This document shows positions 11,166-21,089 of a stretch of DNA of 64,000 bases, one piece after another. The position numbers were made by a program, and so were the translations under genes. The notes under the pieces are model-generated. The model was given only the letters and a program-made list of their open reading frames with translations, was not told where the DNA came from and did no database searches. This DNA comes from Escherichia coli (GTDB taxonomy: Bacteria > Pseudomonadota > Gammaproteobacteria > Enterobacterales > Enterobacteriaceae). The stretch is from NCBI RefSeq assembly GCF_048403405.1, contig NZ_CP183129.1; one strand, written 5' to 3'. Position 1 is the first letter of the stretch, and every line of letters begins with the position of its first letter.

Positions 11166-11923
11166 GTGGCGGCAAAAGACAGGATTCAGGCAATTAAGCA
11201 AATGGTTGCCAACGATAAAAAGGTGACAGTCTCAAATTTGAGTGGGATTTTTCAGGTAACCGAAGAAACCATTCGCCGCGATCTCGAGAAGCTGGAAGAT
11301 GAAGGCTTTTTGACCAGAACCTATGGTGGTGCTGTTTTAAATACAGCGATGTTGACGGAGAATATCCATTTTTATAAGCGCGCTTCATCGTTTTATGAAG
11401 AGAAGCAGCTTATTGCACGCAAGGCACTACCCTTTATCGACAATAAAACCACTATGGCAGCCGATTCCAGTAGTACCGTTATGGAATTGCTCAAATTGTT
11501 GCAGGACCGTAGTGACCTGACGTTGCTAACTAACTCGGCGGAAGCGATTCATGTTCTGGCTCAATCAGAAATTAAAGTCGTTTCAACGGGGGGGAACTAA
11601 ACAAAAATACACTTTCCCTGCAAGGAAGAATTACTAAAGAGATCATCAGCCGCTACCATGTCGATATCATGGTAATGAGTTGTAAAGGTCTTGATATTAA
11701 CAGCGGCGCGCTGGACTCTAACGAAGCGGAAGCTGAAATCAAAAAGACAATGATCCGTCAGGCGACAGAGGTTGCGTTATTGGTTGATCACTCTAAGTTT
11801 GATCGCAAAGCTTTTGTCCAGTTAGCTGACTTTAGTCATATTAATTACATAATAACTGATAAATCACCGGGTGCAGAGTGGATAGCATTTTGCAAAGACA
11901 ATAATATCCAGCTGGTGTGGTAA
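11166..11923 (+). pseudogene. ydjF: DeoR-family transcriptional regulator interrupted by a -1 frameshift in a G7 tract (11588-11594)
   Basis: N-terminal HTH ORF 11166-11600 (GTG start) and C-terminal sugar-binding-domain ORF 11669-11923 are in different frames; reading continues as ..VVSTGG/GELNKNTLSLQGR.. if one nucleotide is added in the G run. Confidence 0.6.
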
Positions 11924-12040
11924 TTTAAGCACACGTTGTCAATATTATTTGTTCCTGCGCCTGGAAAATAAAATGATGATAAAGATGCGGCAAGTGAATT
12001 TGCCGCAATTGCTACCTTTTTAGCAAATCCGAGGCACCTA

Positions 12041-13399
12041 ATGGAACAATATGATCAAATTGGCGCAAGACTGGACCGCTTGCCTTTGGCCCGGTTTCAT
12101 TATCGTATATTTGGTATTATAAGCTTTAGTCTGTTATTAACGGGTTTTTTGAGTTATTCAGGCAATGTTGTTTTAGCAAAGCTGGTAAGCAATGGATGGT
12201 CAAATAATTTCCTCAATGCCGCCTTTACCTCGGCATTAATGTTTGGTTATTTCATCGGCTCTCTTACCGGTGGGTTCATCGGTGATTATTTTGGGCGGCG
12301 CAGGGCTTTTCGCATAAATCTTCTCATCGTCGGTATTGCGGCAACAGGGGCCGCTTTTGTCCCTGATATGTACTGGCTCATCTTCTTTCGCTTCCTGATG
12401 GGCACAGGAATGGGGGCGCTGATTATGGTTGGCTATGCTTCGTTTACGGAGTTTATCCCCGCGACGGTGCGTGGAAAATGGTCCGCGCGGCTCTCATTTG
12501 TCGGTAACTGGTCGCCCATGTTGTCTGCGGCGATAGGCGTGGTGGTTATCGCTTTTTTTAGTTGGCGGATAATGTTTCTGCTGGGTGGTATTGTCATACT
12601 GTTAGCCTGGTTTCTCTCAGGTAAATACTTTATTGAGTCGCCTCGATGGTTGGCGGGGAAAGGACAAATCGCAGGTGCAGAAAGCCAACTTCGTGAAGTA
12701 GAGCAGCAAATTGAAAGAGAGAAGAGTGTTCGTTTACCCCCGCTTACTTTGAATCAGAGCAACAGCAAGGCTAACGTAATCAATGGTACTTTCTGGCTGC
12801 TGTTTAAAGGGGAAATGTTACGACGTACATTAGTCGCGATTACTGTTTTAATTGCAATGAATATTTCACTTTATACCATCACCGTATGGATACCGACCAT
12901 ATTTGTTAACTCCGGCATTGATGTCGATAAATCAATATTAATGACTGCTGTTATTATGATTGGCGCTCCGGTAGGAATATTTATTGCGGCATTAATTATT
13001 GATCATTTTCCTCGTCGATTATTTGGCTCCGCCTTACTTATTATTATTGCCGTGTTAGGCTATATCTATTCAATTCAGACTACAGAGTGGGCGATTTTAA
13101 TCTATGGCCTGGTGATGATCTTCTTTTTATACATGTATGTTTGCTTCGCGTCGGCGGTTTATATCCCGGAGCTCTGGCCAACGCATTTACGCTTGCGCGG
13201 TTCGGGTTTCGTTAATGCCGTCGGACGGATCGTCGCGGTCTTCACGCCTTATGGCGTTGCGGCACTATTAACGCATTATGGGTCAATCACGGTGTTTATG
13301 GTGCTTGGCGTGATGTTAGTGCTCTGTGCGCTGGTTCTCTCCATTTTTGGCATCGAAACGCGGAAGGTGTCGCTGGAAGAGATTTCTGAGGTGAATTAA
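12041..13399 (+). CDS. ydjE: MFS transporter, paralogue of YdjK
   Basis: 452 aa; N-terminus MEQ..ARLDRLP and motif GDYFGRR parallel YdjK. Confidence 0.85.
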   Translation: MEQYDQIGARLDRLPLARFHYRIFGIISFSLLLTGFLSYSGNVVLAKLVSNGWSNNFLNAAFTSALMFGYFIGSLTGGFIGDYFGRRRAFRINLLIVGIAATGAAFVPDMYWLIFFRFLMGTGMGALIMVGYASFTEFIPATVRGKWSARLSFVGNWSPMLSAAIGVVVIAFFSWRIMFLLGGIVILLAWFLSGKYFIESPRWLAGKGQIAGAESQLREVEQQIEREKSVRLPPLTLNQSNSKANVINGTFWLLFKGEMLRRTLVAITVLIAMNISLYTITVWIPTIFVNSGIDVDKSILMTAVIMIGAPVGIFIAALIIDHFPRRLFGSALLIIIAVLGYIYSIQTTEWAILIYGLVMIFFLYMYVCFASAVYIPELWPTHLRLRGSGFVNAVGRIVAVFTPYGVAALLTHYGSITVFMVLGVMLVLCALVLSIFGIETRKVSLEEISEVN

Positions 13400-13449
13400 A
13401 TCTTTCGTTGATGGCGTCAATTGCCAGATGTACCACTGACGTGTTTTAT

Positions 13450-13484
13450 CTGGCCTACAATGGCAGTACAGAATTGTAGGCCAG
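13450..13484. terminator. bidirectional terminator-like hairpin between convergent ydjE and pncA
   Basis: perfect 12-bp inverted repeat CTGGCCTACAAT / ATTGTAGGCCAG with 11-nt loop. Confidence 0.5.
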
Positions 13485-13491
13485 CATAAAA

Positions 13492-14133
13492 TTACTCCTG
13501 CGTCTCTTCCCAGTCTGCCAGCGTATATAGCGTTGCCCCAGCTGCTGACATCTCCATAAACGCGTGCGCACTGTCCTGTGGCTGGATATTCACACCACGA
13601 CAACCATCGGTAATCACATTAACCTTATAACCTAACTGTAACGCGTCCAGTACGGTAAACTTCACGCAATAGTCAGTAGCCAGGCCCATAATGATCAATT
13701 CATCGATTTCATGATCGCGTAACCAGTCATCGAGCGTGGTTTTCTGCCGACGGCCGTTATCAAAAAAGGCACTGTAACTGTCAACTAAAGGATTTTCGCC
13801 TTTATGGAACACCGCTGCGATCGCTTTTTGGTTCAGTAACGGATGTAATTGTGCGCCTTCACTGTTCTGCACACAGTGATCTGGCCAGAAGGTTTGTGGC
13901 AAACCGTCGAGTTGGCCTGGCGTATAAGGCTCTACACCGTGCTGACTGGCAAAACTGCCGTGATTCGCCGGGTGCCAGTCCTGACTGGCGATAACCGCTT
14001 CACCGCGCGACTGGCACCAGTCAATCAGGCGGTTAGCGACATCCACCGTACTGTCACCTTCCGGCACGGCGAGCGCGCCACCAGCACAGAAATCATTTTG
14101 TAAATCGACCAGTAACAGGGCGCGAGGGGGCAT
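13492..14133 (-). CDS. pncA: nicotinamidase/pyrazinamidase
   Basis: 213 aa from Met MPPRALLLVDLQNDF; isochorismatase-like fold motifs. Confidence 0.85.
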   Translation of the reverse strand: MPPRALLLVDLQNDFCAGGALAVPEGDSTVDVANRLIDWCQSRGEAVIASQDWHPANHGSFASQHGVEPYTPGQLDGLPQTFWPDHCVQNSEGAQLHPLLNQKAIAAVFHKGENPLVDSYSAFFDNGRRQKTTLDDWLRDHEIDELIIMGLATDYCVKFTVLDALQLGYKVNVITDGCRGVNIQPQDSAHAFMEMSAAGATLYTLADWEETQE

Positions 14134-14143
14134 TGCAGTCTCC

Positions 14144-15160
14144 TTAATCATCCGGCGTCAGTTCGCCGCGCAGGTTTTGGCTCATGGCCTTGCGAATGGT
14201 TTCAGTATCCAGTTCCTGGCTAAGCAGGTAATGCAGTTTGGTTAGTGTGGCTTCTACAGTCATATCTGCACCGCCAATAACGCCGGCATGGGCGAGGGCG
14301 TTACCGGTGGCATAACCACCCATGTTCACTTTACCGGACATACATTGTGTCAGGTTGACCACCACAATACCGCGATCGCTGGCTTCTTGTAATTCCTGCA
14401 GGAAGGCTTTGTTTTGTGGCGCATTACCCACGCCATATGAGCGCAGAATCAATGCTTTCACCGGTTGGCGCAGAAAATTGCGCACGACGTCAGCAGAAAT
14501 CCCTGGATAAATCGTCACTACGCCAATCGGTTGTGGGGTGATTGGATGAACGATCAATTCCCCTTCACCGTGCGGGGCGGGTGGCGTATTCAAACGACGA
14601 ATATGGATACCTGCTTCCAGTAACGGAGGAAGGTTTGGAGAGGCAAACGCATCAAAACCATCGGCATGGGCTTTGGTGGTACGGTTGCCACGATAAAGTC
14701 GATTATTAAAAAAGAGAGTTACTTCGTTGATAGGATAATTCGCCGCAACGTACAACGCATTCAGCAGATTAATTTGTCCGTCAGAGCGTAACTCAGCTAG
14801 CGGGATTTGTGACCCTGTCACAATGACCGGTTTACCGAGATTCTCGAGCATGAACGACAGCGCAGAGGCGGTATACGCCATCGTGTCGGTGCCGTGCAGA
14901 ATGACAAAACCATCATAGTCGTCATAATGCGCTTTAATATCTTCAGCAATATGCTGCCAGTCTTCTGGCGTCATATCTGAAGAGTCCATCAGCGGCGTAT
15001 ATTCATGAATGGTGAAATCTGGCATCTCCGGGCGATGGAATTCCGGCATCAGCGCCAGTTGGCGCTGTAGATGACCTGACACCGGAATATAACCCTGCTC
15101 GGAACGCTGCATCCCGATGGTCCCGCCCGTGTAGGCGACGTAAATTGATTTCTTTTGCAT
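14144..15160 (-). CDS. ansA: cytoplasmic L-asparaginase I
   Basis: 338 aa from Met MQKKSIYVAYTGGTIG (asparaginase TGGTIG motif); long upstream extension in ORF track rejected. Confidence 0.9.
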   Translation of the reverse strand: MQKKSIYVAYTGGTIGMQRSEQGYIPVSGHLQRQLALMPEFHRPEMPDFTIHEYTPLMDSSDMTPEDWQHIAEDIKAHYDDYDGFVILHGTDTMAYTASALSFMLENLGKPVIVTGSQIPLAELRSDGQINLLNALYVAANYPINEVTLFFNNRLYRGNRTTKAHADGFDAFASPNLPPLLEAGIHIRRLNTPPAPHGEGELIVHPITPQPIGVVTIYPGISADVVRNFLRQPVKALILRSYGVGNAPQNKAFLQELQEASDRGIVVVNLTQCMSGKVNMGGYATGNALAHAGVIGGADMTVEATLTKLHYLLSQELDTETIRKAMSQNLRGELTPDD

Positions 15161-15324
15161 GATATTGATATGAATGATATCGAAAGAGCAAAAGTATATA
15201 CGTGAGGCAGGGGGAGCGCACCTGATACTATGCGGATAAGGAAATATGGGGCGAGACAGCGGGAAGAGGATTCGTCGAGGTAAAAAAATGTGGCCGACGA
15301 TCTGTCGGCCACTCAGTACAAGAC

Positions 15325-17181
15325 TTAACGCACGTTGGCGCAGGTCAGGCAAAACGCATAACGGTTTTGTGGGTCGTTAAACGCGGCCAGCTTGTCGCTT
15401 TCACTTTTAACGGTAGAGGCTACCGAGGCCAGCGGTGCAGGTAACATGGCCTGGAACGCATCTGGCAACATTGCCCGGACAGAACCAGACATGTTGTCCA
15501 TCACTTTGTCGAAGAAGGTCGGTTCATCAACGTAGTATTCCAGATGCCACTGTTTCACTTTTGCCAGCTCTGCTGCTTTGGCGACCGCATCATCGAAATC
15601 CCCGAGACTATCGACCAGCCCGTTAGCTTTTGCATCCTGACCGGTCCAGACGTGGCCCTGGGCGATTTTATCAATCTGCTCCGGCGTCGAATGACGCGCA
15701 TCAGCAACCAGCGTGATAAAGCGTTTATAGCCATTCTCAATGCTTAACTGCATCATCTGCTGCGCTTCCGGCGGCAGTGCCCTGGTGATAGAAACATCCG
15801 CCAGCGGTGAAGTTGAGACACCATCAGTATGAACACCAATCGAATCCAGACTATTTTCTACGGTGGTGATCACGCCGAAGATACCGATAGAACCGGTCAG
15901 GGTGCTGGGGTTAGCCACAATGTAATTAGCTGGCGTGGAAATCCAGTAACCACCAGATGCTGCCATGCCACCCATCGATACAACCACAGGCTTACCCGCT
16001 GCCCGGGCTGCTGCCAGTTCAGCGCGAATCACTTCAGACGCGGTAACGCTGCCGCCTGGGCTATTAACACGCAGGACAATCGCTTTCACTTTCGGGTCAA
16101 GGCGAGCGTCGCGGATTTGTGCCGCAGTGGTATCACCGCCAACATTCCCCTGAGTTTCCTCGCCATCCATAATTGCGCCATTAGCGAAGACGACACCGAT
16201 ACTGTCACCGGTATCTGCCGGCGTTTTCAATGCGTAATCGTAATAACTGATGGCGCGATAATTTTTATCAGTTTTACTCCAGCCGAACTCTTTGGTCAGA
16301 GTTTTTTCGATTTCGGCACTCGATGCCAGTGCATCGACCAGCTTGTTTTCCAGCGCATATTTCGCGGTATCGCCACCGGTTTTGGTTAAACCCTCAAGCA
16401 CCCCTTGCGCGCCAGGGAATACCTGCTGAGCAGGGATCTGCCGGTTAGCGGCAACAGTATTCAGATAGTTTTGCCACAGCTCACCAATCCAGCGGCTGTC
16501 AGCTTCGCGGGCTGCAGGCGACATATCATCACGAATAAACGGTTCAACGGCAGATTTATACGTACCCACGCGGAACACATGGGTGGAAACTTTCAGCTTA
16601 TCCAGCAACGATTTGTAGTACAGACCGTTGGTGGCAAAGCCGTGCAGATCCACCACGCCTTGCGGTGACAGCCAAATTTTATTGGCGAAACTGGCGAGAT
16701 AATATTGCCCCTGGCTGTAGTTCTCGCCAACGGCATAAACCGGTTTCCCGCTGTCACGAAACTCTTTCAGAGCTTTGCCGATGTACTGCATAGACGGCTG
16801 GTCGCCACCTGCGAAGTTTTTCAGATCCATCACGATACCGGTGATATTGCGGTCATCCTTCGCCTGGCGAATGGTATTGACGATATCAAACAGTGAGTTT
16901 TCCTGCAGACGATCGGAACTGGCACCAAGCAGTTGGCGGCTTAATTTACTAAACCGCTGAGAACTGTCGGGTTTATCGACGATCACACCAGAAATGTCCA
17001 GCAGCAGTGCGCCACGACTGGCCGTTTCTTTCGAATCACCACCACTGACCTGCATCCAAATCCCCACACCAACCAGTACGAGAAAAATAAAGAACAGGTT
17101 AAGTACCATTTCACGGACGAAATTCAGCAGACGCCACGTCCATTTAAAAAATCCGGCAATAAATCGCCAAAGGGTTCGCAT
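15325..17181 (-). CDS. sppA: signal peptide peptidase A (protease IV, S49 family)
   Basis: 618 aa from MRTLWRF; N-terminal TM segment and tandem S49 peptidase domains. Confidence 0.9.
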
Positions 17182-17341
17182 GTATTCTCCCAACTAAAGG
17201 TCACACCTGTCACAGGCGCAATAGATGTGGTTATCGTAATGACCCAACCGGCACTTGTCAGCAGGAATTGCGGACTGGGCTGTAACAAAATCCACTCTCG
17301 TGTTAATTTTGTGAATAAATATCACGACAGGAGTTAATCAA

Positions 17342-17893
17342 ATGGATGCACTCGAACTATTGATCAATCGCCGTAGCGCCTCCCGCCTGGCTGAACCTGC
17401 GCCAACGGGTGAACAACTGCAAAACATCCTGCGTGCGGGTATGCGTGCGCCGGACCATAAGTCCATGCAACCGTGGCATTTTTTTGTGATTGAAGGGGAA
17501 GGGCGCGAGCGTTTCAGCGCCGTTCTGGAGCAGGGGGCGATTGCTGGCGGTAGTGATGACAAAGCCATCGACAAAGCCCGTAATGCGCCGTACCGCGCAC
17601 CGCTCATCATAACGGTGGTGGCAAAATGCGAAGAAAATCATAAAGTCCCGCGCTGGGAACAGGAAATGTCTGCGGGATGCGCGGTCATGGCGATGCAAAT
17701 GGCAGCAGTTGCCCAGGGGTTTGGCGGCATCTGGCGCAGTGGCGCATTAACTGAAAGTCCGGTAGTGCGTGAAGCATTCGGTTGCCGTGAGCAGGATAAA
17801 ATTGTCGGTTTTCTCTACCTTGGTACGCCGCAGCTGAAAGCATCTACGTCGATTAACGTCCCGGACCCGACGCCGTTTGTCACTTATTTCTGA
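17342..17893 (+). CDS. ydjA: NAD(P)H nitroreductase family protein
   Basis: 183 aa nitroreductase-like ORF upstream of selD. Confidence 0.8.
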   Translation: MDALELLINRRSASRLAEPAPTGEQLQNILRAGMRAPDHKSMQPWHFFVIEGEGRERFSAVLEQGAIAGGSDDKAIDKARNAPYRAPLIITVVAKCEENHKVPRWEQEMSAGCAVMAMQMAAVAQGFGGIWRSGALTESPVVREAFGCREQDKIVGFLYLGTPQLKASTSINVPDPTPFVTYF

Positions 17894-18009
17894 TAATTGT
17901 CGCGAAACTGTCTGGATTGTGAGCAAAGGCGCAGGAATTCAGACACTCTCACTTATCACTTCACGGAATGAGGGTTACCATACCCGGATTGCATTGACAG
18001 GAGATGTCC

Positions 18010-19053
18010 ATGAGCGAGAACTCGATTCGTTTGACCCAATACAGCCACGGAGCTGGTTGCGGCTGTAAAATTTCCCCAAAAGTGTTGGAAACCATCCTGC
18101 ACAGTGAGCAGGCGAAGTTTGTTGATCCGAATTTGCTTGTGGGTAATGAAACCCGCGACGATGCGGCGGTGTACGATCTGGGCAATGGCACCAGCGTTAT
18201 CAGTACCACCGACTTCTTTATGCCGATCGTTGATAATCCTTTCGATTTTGGCCGCATTGCGGCGACTAACGCCATCAGCGATATCTTCGCGATGGGGGGC
18301 AAACCGATTATGGCGATTGCGATCCTCGGCTGGCCGATTAACAAACTTTCCCCGGAAATTGCCCGCGAAGTAACCGAAGGTGGACGCTATGCATGCCGTC
18401 AGGCGGGTATTGCGCTGGCTGGCGGTCACTCCATCGATGCGCCGGAGCCGATTTTTGGTCTGGCGGTAACGGGGATCGTACCGACCGAGCGGGTGAAGAA
18501 AAACAGTACCGCACAAGCCGGATGCAAACTGTTCCTGACGAAACCGCTGGGGATCGGCGTTCTTACCACGGCTGAGAAAAAATCACTGCTGAAACCAGAA
18601 CATCAGGGACTGGCGACGGAAGTGATGTGCCGGATGAACATCGCAGGCGCGTCCTTTGCCAACATCGAAGGCGTAAAAGCGATGACCGACGTTACGGGCT
18701 TTGGTCTGCTGGGGCATTTAAGCGAAATGTGTCAGGGTGCTGGTGTGCAGGCGCGCGTCGACTATGAAGCGATCCCGAAACTGCCGGGGGTTGAAGAGTA
18801 CATTAAGTTGGGCGCAGTGCCTGGCGGCACCGAACGTAACTTTGCCAGCTACGGTCATCTGATGGGTGAAATGCCGCGTGAAGTGCGCGATCTGCTGTGC
18901 GATCCGCAAACTTCTGGCGGTCTGCTGCTGGCGGTCATGCCGGAAGCAGAAAATGAGGTCAAAGCTACAGCCGCCGAGTTTGGCATTGAACTGACGGCGA
19001 TTGGCGAACTGGTGCCAGCGCGCGGCGGTCGTGCCATGGTTGAGATCCGTTAA
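18010..19053 (+). CDS. selD: selenide, water dikinase (selenophosphate synthetase)
   Basis: 347 aa from [20 protein letters not shown] (Cys-containing glycine-rich N-terminal loop); AGGAG SD 8 nt upstream. Confidence 0.9.
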
Positions 19054-19057
19054 TTCA

Positions 19058-21013
19058 ATGCGGTTGTTTATTGCCGAAAAACCGAGTCTGGCGCGCGCCA
19101 TTGCTGATGTCCTGCCCAAACCGCACCGGAAAGGCGATGGCTTTATCGAGTGCGGTAATGGTCAGGTGGTGACCTGGTGTATCGGTCACCTGCTTGAGCA
19201 GGCGCAGCCAGACGCCTACGACAGCCGCTATGCGCGCTGGAATCTTGCTGATTTGCCGATTGTCCCGGAAAAGTGGCAATTACAGCCCCGACCCTCCGTG
19301 ACCAAACAACTTAATGTCATCAAACGCTTCCTGCATGAAGCCAGCGAAATCGTTCACGCCGGTGACCCGGATCGCGAAGGGCAATTACTGGTGGATGAAG
19401 TGCTGGACTATCTGCAACTGGCACCGGAAAAGCGCCAGCAGGTGCAGCGTTGCTTGATAAACGACCTGAACCCGCAGGCGGTTGAGCGGGCGATCGACCG
19501 TCTTCGTTCCAACAGTGAGTTTGTGCCGTTGTGCGTTTCTGCACTGGCGCGAGCCCGAGCCGACTGGCTGTACGGCATCAATATGACCCGCGCTTACACC
19601 ATTCTCGGTCGCAATGCGGGTTATCAGGGCGTACTTTCCGTGGGACGCGTGCAGACGCCCGTACTCGGACTGGTGGTGCGCCGCGACGAAGAGATTGAAA
19701 ACTTCGTGGCGAAAGATTTCTTTGAAGTCAAAGCGCATATCGTGACACCTGCCGATGAGCGGTTTACCGCTATCTGGCAACCGAGCGAAGCGTGTGAACC
19801 TTATCAGGATGAAGAAGGGCGCTTGTTACATCGTCCGCTGGCGGAGCATGTGGTCAACCGCATCAGCGGCCAACCGGCTATTGTCACCAGCTATAACGAT
19901 AAACGGGAATCAGAATCCGCACCGCTGCCGTTTTCGCTTTCGGCGTTGCAGATTGAAGCGGCAAAACGCTTTGGTCTGAGTGCGCAGAACGTGCTTGATA
20001 TCTGCCAGAAGTTGTACGAAACGCACAAGCTAATCACTTATCCGCGTTCCGATTGTCGCTATCTGCCGGAAGAGCATTTTGCCGGACGCCACGCAGTGAT
20101 GAATGCCATCAGCGTTCATGCACCGGACTTGTTACCGCAGCCAGTGGTCGATCCAGATATACGCAACCGCTGCTGGGATGACAAAAAGGTCGATGCGCAC
20201 CACGCCATCATCCCGACCGCACGGAGTTCTGCGATCAACCTGACGGAGAACGAAGCGAAGGTCTATAACCTGATTGCCCGTCAGTATTTGATGCAGTTCT
20301 GCCCGGATGCGGTGTTCCGCAAGTGTGTTATCGAACTGGATATTGCCAAAGGCAAATTTGTCGCTAAAGCGCGTTTTCTTGCTGAAGCAGGCTGGCGCAC
20401 GCTGTTAGGCAGCAAAGAGCGCGATGAAGAAAACGACGGTACGCCATTGCCTGTGGTGGCGAAAGGCGATGAGTTGCTGTGTGAAAAAGGTGAAGTGGTA
20501 GAGCGGCAAACCCAGCCGCCGCGTCATTTTACCGATGCAACACTGCTTTCGGCGATGACCGGGATAGCACGTTTTGTGCAGGACAAAGATCTGAAAAAGA
20601 TCCTTCGTGCGACCGATGGTCTGGGGACAGAAGCGACTCGCGCCGGGATTATTGAACTGCTGTTCAAGCGAGGCTTCCTGACCAAAAAAGGGCGCTATAT
20701 CCACTCCACCGACGCCGGAAAAGCATTATTCCATTCGCTGCCAGAGATGGCGACGCGACCGGACATGACCGCGCACTGGGAATCGGTGCTGACGCAAATC
20801 AGCGAAAAGCAGTGTCGCTACCAGGACTTTATGCAACCGCTGGTGGGGACATTGTACCAGTTGATTGATCAGGCAAAGCGCACGTCGGTAAGGCAGTTTC
20901 GGGGAATAATGGCTCCCGGCGGTGGAGAAGGGAAGAAAAAGGATTCGCCACGCAAGAGAGCGCCGAAAAAAAGCCCGCCATCAGAAGAGGCGGGCAATGG
21001 AGTGATAACATAA
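19058..21013 (+). CDS. topB: DNA topoisomerase III
   Basis: starts [10 protein letters not shown] (Toprim) 4 nt after selD stop; type IA topoisomerase domains; lysine-rich C-terminal tail. Confidence 0.9.
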   Translation: MRLFIAEKPSLARAIADVLPKPHRKGDGFIECGNGQVVTWCIGHLLEQAQPDAYDSRYARWNLADLPIVPEKWQLQPRPSVTKQLNVIKRFLHEASEIVHAGDPDREGQLLVDEVLDYLQLAPEKRQQVQRCLINDLNPQAVERAIDRLRSNSEFVPLCVSALARARADWLYGINMTRAYTILGRNAGYQGVLSVGRVQTPVLGLVVRRDEEIENFVAKDFFEVKAHIVTPADERFTAIWQPSEACEPYQDEEGRLLHRPLAEHVVNRISGQPAIVTSYNDKRESESAPLPFSLSALQIEAAKRFGLSAQNVLDICQKLYETHKLITYPRSDCRYLPEEHFAGRHAVMNAISVHAPDLLPQPVVDPDIRNRCWDDKKVDAHHAIIPTARSSAINLTENEAKVYNLIARQYLMQFCPDAVFRKCVIELDIAKGKFVAKARFLAEAGWRTLLGSKERDEENDGTPLPVVAKGDELLCEKGEVVERQTQPPRHFTDATLLSAMTGIARFVQDKDLKKILRATDGLGTEATRAGIIELLFKRGFLTKKGRYIHSTDAGKALFHSLPEMATRPDMTAHWESVLTQISEKQCRYQDFMQPLVGTLYQLIDQAKRTSVRQFRGIMAPGGGEGKKKDSPRKRAPKKSPPSEEAGNGVIT

Positions 21014-21050
21014 AGGTTCTTTCAACCATCTGATACTGAAGATTTTTATG

Positions 21051-21080
21051 GCCGGATTAGGCGTTTGCGCTGTATCCGGC
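21051..21080. repeat. REP-like palindromic unit in the 77-bp topB-gdhA junction
   Basis: GCCGGAT...ATCCGGC inverted repeat resembling REP consensus. Confidence 0.5.
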
Positions 21081-21089
21081 ACAATTGTC

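Noticed and set aside
19001-19057. 19-codon N-terminal extension of topB ([19 protein letters not shown]) overlapping selD
   Set aside because: Extension overlaps the selD 3' end in another frame; the Toprim N-terminus begins at [10 protein letters not shown].
20870-21013. Possible altered C-terminus or length of TopB (651 aa here versus ~653 aa recalled)
   Set aside because: Difference is within my memory error and cannot be verified without alignment.
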